From Setoptus koraiensis (taxonomy: Eukaryota; Animalia; Arthropoda): DNA of 64,000 nt. The first letter of the stretch is position 1, and the number at the start of each line of letters is the position of its first letter. Below the pieces are notes generated by a model. It was not told where the DNA came from. It searched no databases and worked only from the letters and a program-made list of their open reading frames with translations. The DNA is taken from NCBI GenBank assembly GCA_048013815.1, contig CM106586.1, positions 12,772,001-12,836,000 of the forward strand, written 5' to 3'. Position numbers and translations under genes: made by a program. Shown one piece after another: positions 1 to 12,463 of this stretch.

Positions 1-1317
1 GACTTGTGCTTTTGTAGCCGCTTTGTGAGTGTTTGGCAGCGAGTTTGTTTGCAAATTTGAGAAGCCAGCAAAAGGGTTGCTGGCAATCGGCGCCGTACCT
101 GTAGCGTATGAGCTGCGGCCCTGTAGCGAGCAGACGTAGGCCGTCGAGGCAACAGTGGATATTTAATTGCAATTGGCTTGCCTGACGAATTGCACACGCA
201 GAATATGCAGACGCGATCATGATGGCATTGTCGTGGGCCGGCCGGCCGGCCGCTCGATTGGCGGGCGACACGGGCCGAGCGTAGTACAAATTGGCCGCCT
301 CTAAGCGAACTTTGTCAGTGGTCAATCAGTTGTCAGTTGACCTTTGCCACCGAACACTGCGTCCACTGCGACCATTGGCGACAGTCGCCGATTTGTGGCA
401 GCCAATGATGAGCGGCCAGCAGTGACATAACTGACGACACATGACGCAACAGCTCGCTTGGGGCCCCATAACGGATGGCGCGATCTCACGGGCGAGCGGT
501 CACTCGATGGCCTGTGGCCAAGTTGGGCCGCGCTGCAAAGTGTGCCCAGCAATAGCGACAGCTCACATTGGCTGCTGCTCACCTTTGGCCAAACAAACAA
601 GAGTGAAAGCATTGCGTCGAGAGTCAATGAGGTGAGCCACTCGACCTGTGTGTCGGCGGCCACGATGACCACACGATGACGCCATCAGATGCCAACAGCA
701 GCAACAGGCACACACGGACACACACAAACATTTGACCGAATTGAAGGTCGAGCTGGCTCCTTTACAGCTGGTGGCTGTGATGTGATGGTCGCGCAATGAC
801 GAATGTGTGTGAATATTACGTAACAGCGGCAGCAGCCAGTTTGAACACGCCACCAGTTGCACTGTCGTCGTCGTCGTTCGGCTCAATTGCTTCTTCCCCG
901 ACCAGATCATATCCTCGCCATGTTATGCAACTCGCCTGCCTCCCCCTCCCTCTCTAATAGCGAACTGCTGCTGCTGCTCGCACTGCAATATCTAACTAGG
1001 TATCTGGCTGGCGAACTCGACCTTGCCGACGCCAACAGCAGCAGCGGCAGCATCAGCAGCGCCGGCCGGCAAAACAAAATACTACAAACTGATAAAATTC
1101 CTCCAATTCAACTCTCTATTTATACCGATTTCTCTGTATATCTCAGTGTTTGGCAATCTGTGTGTGTGTGTGTGTGTGTGTCCAATGGCGAGTATGCGTC
1201 AAAGAGAGAGAATCAATTCGGTCGGAATGAACAACAACAAAACAATCTGTAAATGGTGTTTGGCCACAGAAAAAGTTCATATGGTGCTTCATATATGTTA
1301 TGTAATGGCGATTGAGC

Positions 1318-1321
<4 letters not shown>

Positions 1322-1392
<71 letters not shown>
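1322..1392. repeat. (CA)n microsatellite, ~35 units
   Basis: Pure CA run; explains the HTHTHT/CVCVCV pseudo-ORFs around it. Shorter CA/TG tracts at ~1160, 1836, 2575, 9430, 10335. Confidence 0.98.
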
Positions 1393-1393
<1 letters not shown>

Positions 1394-2572
1394 AACTTTT
1401 GTACAAATGCACTTGCAGCGGGCATGGACACATCAACAATGCACCTTGCGCAATCACCGTCTTGCAGAGTGCGCTCCCTCCGATGTCACCGTGGCCAGTT
1501 GCGGAAGCGGCCGCCAGGTGCGCGATGGCGCTTGCATTTCGGCCAGCCGACACAACTACACCTGTGCTCACAATATTCATTGAATATCAGTCAATCGTGC
1601 TGCTTGCTGTGGCCCCTAAGTTTGGTGCACGGTGTAGGGGTTAAGCATCAAACTGCCTCGGCAACGGAGCGCCCCTGGCGGCCGTTCGACTGTGAGCGCT
1701 TTAGGTGGCACACAGCGAGCAGAGCTCAGGCAATTGTTATTGCTATTACGTAATAGAGGCAGCAACGACGGCGACGACGACGACGCAGAAAAGAACGAAT
1801 TCAACATGATTAACATCCGCAACGAACAATGCCCGACACACACACACACACACACACACATTCTCGATATAATCTTCGGCGGAGCCGCATGATAGCGCTG
1901 ATACGAGATTGGAATAGTGTGTTGGAGAATAGTGTCTATGAATGTGCAAGATACACAAGCGTGTTGCAGCAGTGTCAAGAGAACAGGCTCGGCTTACGTA
2001 ACAGCGCCGAGCCGAGCCGAGCCGAGCCGAGCGAGCAGTCGGCGGCGGCCAACGCAGCAGAGAAGCCAGCAGAGAAGCCGGCAGAGAGGCGAGCTTAGGC
2101 ACATTTGTCGATTATGGCGAACGCAACAACTCATGCTAATGGCACTAACAACAGCAACAACTACATATTGGACACTGTAAATAATCATCATTGTTGTTTG
2201 TGTGAGTTGGCGAGTGTGTTTTTATTATTATTATACATGTACATGCAGCCGACAGTGGCGCCGTTCGCAGCAAGCGAGCTAACGAGCAAAGTTGTTTATG
2301 TTGTGTGTTTATATCTCTTTCTTGGTCTCTCTCTCTCTCTCTCGCTCGGGCTAGTTACGTAACTCGCGGCGCGGCGTTTAGTGTCGGCCGGTGCCGTCGG
2401 TGTGTCGGTGCCGCCGGTCTGTCGGTGCCGCCGGTCTGTCGGAGGCACGCGGGCGCCACCGCATGCGCTCGCCGGCCGACACAAACTGGGCCGGCCCGGC
2501 CCGGCCGTCGACGCCAAGACGCTCGTAAAACGCTCGTCGTTATTTGTACGCGACGGCGCGTAGACGTGTGCC

Positions 2573-2606
<34 letters not shown>

Positions 2607-4202
2607 CGGTGCGGGGGTGTGCGCGACCGAGCGGCGTCGCCACCGGCCAGTCGCGAGCCTCATTATAAATGCGATATTACGCAATGCGCGGCCTATATCA
2701 CATCTAGCGTATATATACGCTGTGCATTGCGTAAGCTGTGTGTTATGTAATATCGCCGATGCCTCTAAAGTTTGTTGTAGTCGCAAGTGTGGCAAGAGTT
2801 GAGGTCAGATTGGCCGCGCGAGTGCGTCAACCTTTTGCTTTTTCTTTCTCTCTCTGCTCCTTTTTCAATCATGCACCGACGCAATTCCGATAAACTCTGT
2901 CCGTTTGTCCATTTGTCCGTCCACATGGTTGCGTTCGTTCCTGTTGCGACTCGATTGTTTGCAGCATCTCGGGCACACGGTGCGTATGCACCGGCCGTGA
3001 GTGCGGCGTCTCGTTAGTCGGTTGTTGTTGCGTTCCCTAGCGAAAATGGGCACACAACGACCCAAGCCGGCGCCATTGCGCAACAACAGCCTAGGCCAGC
3101 GCCATTGCGCAACAACGACAACAAGTGACGCCGCGGCGAGGGCCGGCAGCCCACGACAAACTGGTGCCAGTTACCGCACACACCAAACGCTCCGCTCCTG
3201 TCCGGTCCGGTCCGGCCCGGCCCGACCAACCGGAGCGGACAAGAGCGGACCGGACCGGACCGACACTGCGCACAAACCAATCGGCATGCTCGAATGTTCG
3301 AAGGCTTGCGCCAACAGTCGCACACTGGACATTGTCCAGTTGCGAACGACTTGTCGCTCTCGAAGACGCCTCACCTGTGCAATGTAACACACACGACAGG
3401 TGCGTGTGCGATGGCTGACGTGAGAGAGTCGCACACTAACACCAACACTAACTCTTGCACTAACATATTACGTAACATATATTACGTAACCCTTTATGGC
3501 AAATAATGGCCACAGCCACTGGCAAGCATCATGCAAGTTGCATGCGAGCTTGTGCAGCTACAAGTTGCAGCAATAGCATTGGCAGCATTGCGCAAGCAAC
3601 TTACTCTGTCTGCTGTTATTTACCTGTAATTGCGTAACTTGCGCATCAACAGGTGCAAACAAACTGACCAAACACAGAATAGATTTGGTGGTCGCTGTTA
3701 AATGGCGGCCAATGCAGCAGCACTAATTGACAAATGAGAACAGGCTCGGCTTAACAGGACTGTTTGTGTGTTGACCCACTGCAAACTTGAGCAAACTGAT
3801 TTGAATATCGCATGAGTGACGACAAGCTTGCTTGCATTCTGGCCAACCTAGTTACCTATGGCACTGGACGGTCCAATGGCCCTGGCATCGTTATCGTACG
3901 GCTAGTTACTGGCAGCCGGAGCGCACCCTTTACAGCAGCTCGAGTAAATCGAGATAACATGTCTAAATGACATGTCGATATACCATGTCGATATAATTTG
4001 TGCAAATAATGCACTTGGCGATGCCACAACCCTCCAGTGAGCCCTGTTGTGCCCCTGGCGGTTCTTTTTGGAGATTGTCCCAGAATGAATCTCTCATGGA
4101 ATGTCCGGTTGAGCATCGATGGGAATCCATTCAATTGTTCGCACTGCCAATATTTACCACTGTTACTATTCATCCACTATTATTATTTATCCATTAGTTC
4201 GC

Positions 4203-4321
4203 TTCGAACTGCCCAGTTCGGACTCCCAAATTCGAACTGCCAAGTTCGAACTGCCGAGTTCGAACTGCCGAGTTCGAACTGCCGAGTTCGAACTGCCGAG
4301 TTCGGACTGCCGAGTTCGAAC
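4203..4321. repeat. 14-bp minisatellite (GTTCGAACTGCCGA)n, ~8 copies
   Basis: Tandem units read directly; each contains the palindrome GTTCGAAC; the 5' copies are degenerate. Confidence 0.95.
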
Positions 4322-5802
4322 GCACCTGGCGAAAGTCGCGGGGCCATGACAAAAATCAATTATCTCGAATGGTATCCACGCATAGTGTTCGCATGCATGT
4401 GATGCGTGTAATGTGCCCGCTCAAAGTGCGCCCCCCAGCGGGTGACCTGTTGCCTGTGGCCTGAAACCGGGTGCATCAAGCCAACCGGCCCGACCGGCTC
4501 GGGCGCGGGCGAAATTGTCACTGGCATTTGAATACCGACACAACACGACATCATTAATCAATTGGCATGCGACCAGCCAACAGTCTAAACAGTCACCGGC
4601 AATCGGTTTTGCATCAATAGATTGCTGTCACTCATCACTAGTAGTCATTTTACTGACAGTCACTTTTAGGGGCCACATGCCTCCCATTTGACACTGCATA
4701 ATGACACATGATAGTGTGTCAAAACCGATGAGTGCCTCATCGGTTTTTGTCGCCGCTGGCAGGTGATGCGGCCGTATTGACAAACAATCAATCAGTCAAT
4801 CGGTCAAAGTTAGCAACAAGTTGCATATTTTATTTCATTATTTATGAATAAAAGTGAATATGAATTTTTCGTAACATGGCTCACGTAAAATGTCAACGTA
4901 ACGGCATTGTAATTGACGATTGTAAATTGACGCTTGTAAATTGACGCTTGTCACGGTGACGCTTCAACGGCGACAGCTGACAAGCTAATTAACCTGTGCC
5001 ATTGTACCGGTGTTGTCGTCAATGTGTCATATGGGCAAATTAAGAGTGACAGTTATGTCATGTTGCTGTTGTGTGTCACCTGTCGTCGCACACATATCAA
5101 TGGACGCGTGTGCTGCCAATCGATAACATGATCAATTTCATTTGATGTAATTAGATGCAATTTGATGCAATTTATTCATTTATTTATGCTGGCTCGTCAC
5201 AGTTAATCTAGTGCCATCAGTGCAAGTGTCATCGGTGTTGTATCTTGACACAACACTTCCGCAGTGTTGCGCTTGCAGCGTGCAGCTTACATAATCAGCA
5301 GCACGGCATCGCATAGTTCACATAATCGCTGACAGATACAGTTTGCACACTGACAATTTAAACAATTTCATTGTGACACTTGAGCATCATGACACAAACA
5401 GAGATGTTACTTTTGCCTCAAACAATTGCACTCACTTTTGTGCCCGTCGACCAAGTTTTGCCAGCAAAACTGTTGTTTGCTCGTCGCAACACCACAACCC
5501 CGCGTAACACGGTGCATGTGTGTTACGTAACACACACACTGCACCGCCATTGCCAGTGCCCAACAGTGCAGACAGCAGATATTTGCATATTACACAGCAA
5601 CACTATAATAATAATAATAATAATGTTATAATATTATGTAATACTATAATAATAATAATAATGTAATAATAACATTGTTATTATGTTGTTGTCATAATAC
5701 TGTGGCATCGCGGCCAGTATCAGTGGCGCATGCACGCCGAGACAGTTGAGTGGAGTGCGTGGGCGTGGGATTGGCCCATGGTCCAATATCGCAATATCAC
5801 CA

Positions 5803-5890
5803 TTTAACAATTTAACAATCTAACAATCTAACCATCTAACCATCTTACCATCTAACCATCTAACCATCTAACCATCTAACAATCCAACAA
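5803..5890. repeat. 8-bp tandem repeat (TAACCATC/TAACAATC)n
   Basis: About 10 units visible directly; followed by an 11-bp ATATCACAGCG-type repeat at ~5900-5960. Confidence 0.9.
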
Positions 5891-8062
5891 ACTCAATATC
5901 ACAATATCACAGCGATATCGCAGCGATATCACAGCGATATCGCAACGATATCACAACAATATTACACAGCCTAGCTGCTTGTGGTCGTGTTATTGCTATG
6001 CGCTGCTTGCCATCACGTTCGCCGGTCTGCCTGCCATCAAACACTGGCCAGATGACAGTGGCACAGCGAAACACAATGAACAACAATTACGAGCTGTTAC
6101 ATAACGTGGCCCCGGTTGATGGGCGAGTCGCACTTTCATTTGCATATTAATCCGGCAAACACACTGGCAGTCACTTGGCCGACGTGATCACAGTCAACGG
6201 CGGCCCAGCCGCGACTGGCTAGACTCGCTGATGAGTCTAGTCGTCGCAATCTCATATCGCACACATTGCGATATGCGCCTTAACTTAATATCACGCTGTG
6301 GAGATAAATTGGCTGTGAGTTGTTGAAAAACTCGTTGTTTCGTGTTTTGTTCACAATCTTGTTGGCAACTTGTGGGCCACATGACTGATGGGCCAGCCAT
6401 TGTAATTTGCACTGTTCGTTAGTTTGTCTAGGTCGCCACTTGGCACTGCTTGCTGTCGCTATTGATGTCGCTGTTGTTGGCCTATGTTGTTGTTGCTGTC
6501 GTTGGCGTTGTTGCTGTCGTTGGCGTTGTTGCTGTCGTGAGGGGGCAACAACAACGACAACGGCAGACGGCAACACGGTTTGTGAACTGTTAGTGCGTGT
6601 GATTGCGTCACTTTAATAAACAATTTACAAACAACGACAACGACGACGGCTCATGTTGGACTCAATCGAACGGCAACAAGAAGCTCGAATTAATTACCAC
6701 TTAAACGCTAGTTCCACTGCGCCCACCGCTAGTGGCCGCCGACCAATTATCCGGCCCAGTGTGCACTGTTGTGAGTCGTGTACACTAACAATCAGTGAGC
6801 CACCGAATATCTGATTGCGCGTCACCGTTTTTTAGCATGTGCTGTTAGTGTGCGCCGGCACACTAACAGCGACAACAAGCAACCTATTCAACGCCACAAC
6901 GTAACCTCGTCTGCGTGACGTAATGCTGGCAAGCTCGGCTCACGTCCGCGTGCCAACTATTGGGCCCGACTGTATATCATATACAACATATATCGTGTAT
7001 TCACTATTCATATATTACGTATATGTCAGCACGCATATAATATATATATATATATATAATATGTTCGTATAATATCTTGCTCAAATGTCACTGTCGCTGG
7101 CAAACGCACATTGTTTGTGTTGATGGCAATTTCTGCAAAATACTTTGCAGAAATTGCAACGGTTTGCCAGCTTGCAAGCTCTCAATGTGCCCCGCGTATC
7201 TCAACATACGGGGGGGGGGCTCATTTGACGCAACGCTGGCCCTACTGGCGCCTCATTATATCATTTTATCGTTATATGGTTACATCGCTATATCGTTATA
7301 TCGCTATACGGCCGTGTGATGCAAGCGTCGCTAGCGTCACTTGCGGCGCGCTTGACGAGCCAACAAAAAGTGTACAACAACAACAAAAACTGTGTGAATT
7401 AGCTAAAAAATTGAACTTGTTAAAAAATGTTGTTTGTTGTTGTTGCTGCTCGAAATCGATACATGCTCGCTGCTGCCGGTCCGACTGTGCGACTGTGCGA
7501 TTGTGCGATTGTGGGCGCCACTTTGGCGCACTTTCCCACACCCTGGCTATCGGATTCCGGCAGTCAGAGCCCGACAGCCAGAGCCCGGCAGCCGCAATCC
7601 GACAGCCGAACAAGGTGGCGCAGCGCCGCCAAAACGAAGCCCATTTCAGAGACGATCTGTTGGCCGGCTTATTGGCCGGCCAATAAGTGAAAGCTAATTA
7701 TAGTTTGGGCACAATATGCAATATCTGCAGCATCTACATGTTGCATATGTTGGCGATTTGCGTGCGTTCTGTGGCTGCGTTGGCCGTTTGGCGACACCTG
7801 TCGAGTGGCGAGCCTTATCTTATCCGATTGCGCACTTGCGAATGGCGCTTGTTTGAGCGAGCCAACTGTCGCTGTCAAGGACAGTCTCGCTGTCGAGAGC
7901 TCTCGTAGGGCCAACTGTGACACTCGAGATTGCCTCGACAATCTGTCGACCTGTTGACTCACAAATTGCGGCTCACAAATTGAGAGTCGACAGGTGAGCT
8001 GAGAACGGACAGATCAACCACTTGAGAGATGCGCAATTTGCGAGACGACTCAATTGATTGCC

Positions 8063-8610
8063 GGCCGTCGCTCGTTGGGCCGTCGCTCGTTGGGCCGCCG
8101 CTCGTTGGGCCGTCGCTCGTTGGGCCGCCGCTCGTTGGGCCGCCGGTCAGCTCGCAAGCGGCGACATGTATAACATGTATAACATGTATAATGTGTATGA
8201 CATGTATAATATGTGTTGGCCGGCCAGCGTCATGTTGCACAACATGCCGTTGTCACATGGAGTGCAGTCTGGACAAACTGGTCAGCAGCGGTCTGTTGAG
8301 ACCTGGTTTGGCCGGCCGGTGCGACAGGTCGCTCTCAGGTGTGTCTGGCGTGCATTGGCCAGTGTGTCGGCCAGTGTGTCGGCCAGTGTGTCGGCCAGTG
8401 TGTTGACTGGCCGGCGGCTCTCCTCGGCGGATATATTGCCTGTTGGAGTGCGACAGTTGGAGTGGTCTAAATACACTCTCGGCGGCGATGGGCACTTGCG
8501 CAACCATCGGCGACCATCGGCAACCATCGGCAACCATCGGCGACCATCGGCAACCATCGGCAACCATCGGCGACCATCGGCAACCATCGGCAAGCATCGG
8601 GCAACCATCA
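8063..8610. repeat. Cluster of four minisatellites (15-, 9-, 12- and 10/30-bp units)
   Basis: GGGCCGYCGCTCGTT x5-6 (8063-8145); CATGTATAA x5 (8165-8213); GGCCAGTGTGTC x4 (8357-8403); CAACCATCGG/CGACCATCGG x~11 with 30-bp higher-order period (8501-8610). Confidence 0.95.
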
Positions 8611-9270
8611 GGCGACCATTAGGCGCACACACTTAACAGGAGATATAAATCTTGGTAAATGTGCACAACTGGCCACTTAATAGCGCTTCCAGTGAGCCTT
8701 TTATCTGTCTGCATCTAGCTGCCCCTCGCTGTCCGCATCCGTCTGCTTGCGTCAACAAGCCACCACAGACAAAATGGCCCAAAATCCCGTCTGACAAAAT
8801 TGGTAAAGCGACAAATAGCAGCAGCAGCTGATAAACAAACAAACACTGACGCTGTGTTTCGTTTGTTTGCAAGCCGCGACTGTTTGTGCTCTAAATTTTG
8901 TTTGTAAATTGGCTCTCAATTTACAAACAAAATTGAAAAGTTCACAAACATTGACACACAATTGCATGACACAACCATTGAGACTAATCATCATTATGCG
9001 CGCATCATTTTGTTTGTGAGTGCGATTGTTATCAATTAATTTGTTGCTCAATTGCAATGGCACATTGGGCGCAGTGAGCGCATCGAGCGCATTGAGCAGC
9101 ATTGAGAGTGCCTGTTATGCAATTATCGTGCATGACAAGCGTGCGCCACTCACCTGTCGCGCCAAGCCACAAACTGGTAGCAATGAACTGCGACCAGCCT
9201 GCCACTGACAAGTACTGGCCAGCCAATATCAGCCAATGTCGCTAATATCAGTGGTATTAGTGTCACTAAT

Positions 9271-9363
9271 TTAGTTTTTTGTTAGTTTTTTGTTAGTTTT
9301 TCGTTAGTTTTTCGTTAGTTTTTTGTTAGTTTTTTGTTAGTTTTTTGTTAGTTTCTTGTTAGT
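9271..9363. repeat. 11-bp T-rich tandem repeat (GTTAGTTTTTT)n
   Basis: About 8 units visible directly. Confidence 0.9.
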
Positions 9364-12300
9364 GTTGTTGTTAGGCAGCAGCGTGCTGAGCAGCGTCAAG
9401 GAGAAAACAAAGATTAATCATGTGTGCGTGTGTGTGTGTGTGTGTGCCATATCATGTTGATCGCCGTAGAAAGATTGTTGTCGAGATACACATTTGGCGA
9501 ATATCATCATCGTCATCATCGTCAGCAGCAACAATAATCGCATTCTATCATCGCCATAATCACTGCATTACAGTGTGCGACACTGTCCAACAGTGACTAT
9601 TGCGACACACCAGCAACCGGCCAAATAGATACACTGGCGAGATAATGAGCAGCAACTTGATGAATTGTGTGTGTCTGCTGCTGACTCGGCATGCCCGACA
9701 ACTTGAGCGGCCGCCACGACGAAAATAAATATGAGCTCAGCTGACCAGTCAGCACCTCACCTGACTGACGCGACACGCCGGCCAATGACGACGATACGAC
9801 GACATGCAACACGAATGGGCAATAAAAAAAAAATGCAACAAAGTATGCAACTAATAACTGATAATACACCTGTTATGCTATTAGTCAAGAGCGCAATTTT
9901 ATATTTTATAGGGATAATCAACTTTAGCCATGAACTAGCTTCGGCCATAAGTGTATATGGACTATACACTTGTGGCTCATACTTATACTGCCGCTTATAC
10001 TGGCCAGCAAACAACTCACCTGGTGGCGCATTGGCGCATTTGCATGCCTTTGGTGCTGGCTGCCTCTATTGCTGCTGTTGCTGTTGCTGCTGCTGCAGCC
10101 AGCACCCCATCTGGTCACCTGACAACTGTTGCGTAATATTATTTGGTCGTGTCGTTACAAATACAAGTGCTGCTAGTGACCATAATCATGTTACGCTATA
10201 TGCTGTGTGTGTGTTACTATTACTTTTAGTGTCAGTATTAGCATTATAAGTTGGTGATGTCGTCATTGTGTGACTATAAATACAATGTTGTTACATTGTT
10301 GTTAACTTGCATCACTACCGCCTGGCTTATCAAACACACACACACACACACACAAAATCAATTCGTTCGTATGCTTGAGTGGGCATCATTATTGTCAAAT
10401 AAAAACTAACAACAGCGAACAAGCAATAAAGTCATATCAATGTATGTTATATACTATCATTATGTAACATCACATCATGCTCTCTACCTGTGAGATGGCA
10501 TAGATGAAACACACACACACACACCTGTACGCATGTAAACGTATACAATGAGTCTGATGCGCCCATTGATCCCACAACTCTTTTATACCTGTTGCTGGCG
10601 CGGTTGCCCCGTAATGATTCACTTGTTGCCATAGTCACCTGTTAGTTATTATATCAGGCGACAATTCATTCATTTTGCGTGTTGGTCGTGGCCGTCGTCG
10701 TCATTCATTGATCGACTTGATTGACTCACTTGATTGACATTATCACTGCCAAGCCAATACTACCCCGCTAATAATAAGCTGTACAATACATAAGTATATT
10801 ACATAAGTATTGCATGAGTATTGGCGCAGCATTGGTCACCCTGTGGCACAATTGTGGGCATGATAACTTACACTTGCAACAGCCATAATAATAATTAGAG
10901 CTTCAACAAAACTACAATATTAGTAATCGGGTATCACTTCTCTCTGTCTAGTAACACTAATAATAATGAAAATGAAAATAATAATATACATACATATACC
11001 AACAACAAAATACCACCATAATTAAACTGCGCCACTGCAACCATCATGAGACCCCAGAAGCGCATTAGCTGAGAAAGAAAAAAGATGGATTGGATGTTTA
11101 TCATGATGACTACCATTACGTAATTACTCGAGTGTGCAAGAGGTCTGCTGGTGGCGCTGTCGCCGTTGGTGTTATATGACAACAGTGAGACAACTTTTCA
11201 GGTTAACAATGTTTTTTCCTCTATCTCCTACTATCTTTTAGTCATCCTCGTTGCTCGGTCCTTGCTCCTCGACTAAACTTGCGCGATAACAACAACAACA
11301 ACGACGACAACAACAGCAAGGGCATGAACCTGTTGCTAGACTGTTGCGACGCCGACTGTCCACCTTCGACGGCTGACCCCTCACTGTAGCCAGTGGCCGT
11401 AGAAAAAAAAAATGAACAGACAATGGTGGTGGTTGGCTCGTAGCGCGTAACAATTAAGTGGGACAAAAACCATCCAACAGCGATCATCATTAATTAATCC
11501 CTCTTGTGTTGTTATTTTTAATAGCGTCATAACAAATAATAGCTGCTACTGCTCATGCTACTGATGATGCTGCTGCCGCCGCTGCCGGTACTGCCGTAAT
11601 CGAGTTACGTAAGTGGATACGGCAAAGAGACAGACAGAACAGCCAGATAAAGATGTACAAACAACAGCAACAACAACAGCAACAGCAACAAAAAACATGG
11701 CAACTCCGCAAACAAGAGAACGAGCCAAAGAACAATTTTCGGTATGGCAACAAGTTGTATTTATCTCTCTCTCTCTCGCTCTGTCCTTTGTGTTGTGCAA
11801 TTGTACTGTCGGCAATTGCAAATTTATTGCAACAGCAACAACAATGGCGAGAGTGATCGTCAATGGACGCCAGCCGGCCAACCAGCATACATACATATTA
11901 CATAATAATATAGTAATAATAATATAATAATAAGTAATATATGGTGGTCACCGCTAGCATAAGTGGCCGGCTACCGACTGAGCTTCATCTCTCTGCTGCT
12001 ACTGTTGTTGCTGGCGCTGCTTAGCTGTAATCATATGCCCAAATCGAAAGACAAACAACAACTACAACTACAACATAAATCACACTCTCTTATGATATTA
12101 CTATAATAATCATAACTCACATTCAGCTAGTACCTTAATTCGAGCCACTAATACTATTATTATCGTTATAAAAGTACCCCTAGTTCTTCGACAGCAACAG
12201 GTAACAAACGGCCGGTTAGAAGAAGAAAAAATTGACACACTTAATCGTTGTTTGTTGGCTGCCGCTTATTATTGACCATTCATTGTGTGTCTGCACTAGA

Positions 12301-12463
12301 CAACAACATCATAAGTGGTGGCTATTTTTGATGCAATATCATCAAATGACCAGCCCGCCAGACACACACCAACACAACCTTGGAATTTTCTCTCATATAT
12401 TTGTTTTTTCTTTTCTTTAACTTATCTGATAAGTATCAACAACAACAACAACTCGACCGCTCG

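Noticed and set aside
4037-4402. LSIDGNPFNCSHCQY resembling an LRR C-terminal cap
   Set aside because: No leucine-rich repeats upstream and no supporting splice sites; the ORF is extended by a minisatellite.
4721-4747. 12-bp perfect hairpin followed by Ts, like a bacterial terminator
   Set aside because: Eukaryotic non-coding context, and the T run is part of the palindrome; similar short hairpins occur at 6219-6240 and 50347-50371.
4203-8610. Regular repeats considered as CRISPR arrays
   Set aside because: No unique spacers, no cas genes, eukaryotic context.
322-12420. Dozens of 60-190 aa ORFs in the first 12 kb
   Set aside because: Built on CA, CAA, CCGGC and GA microsatellites (HTHT, CVCV, QQQ, CCC), mostly with non-ATG starts and no recognisable domain.
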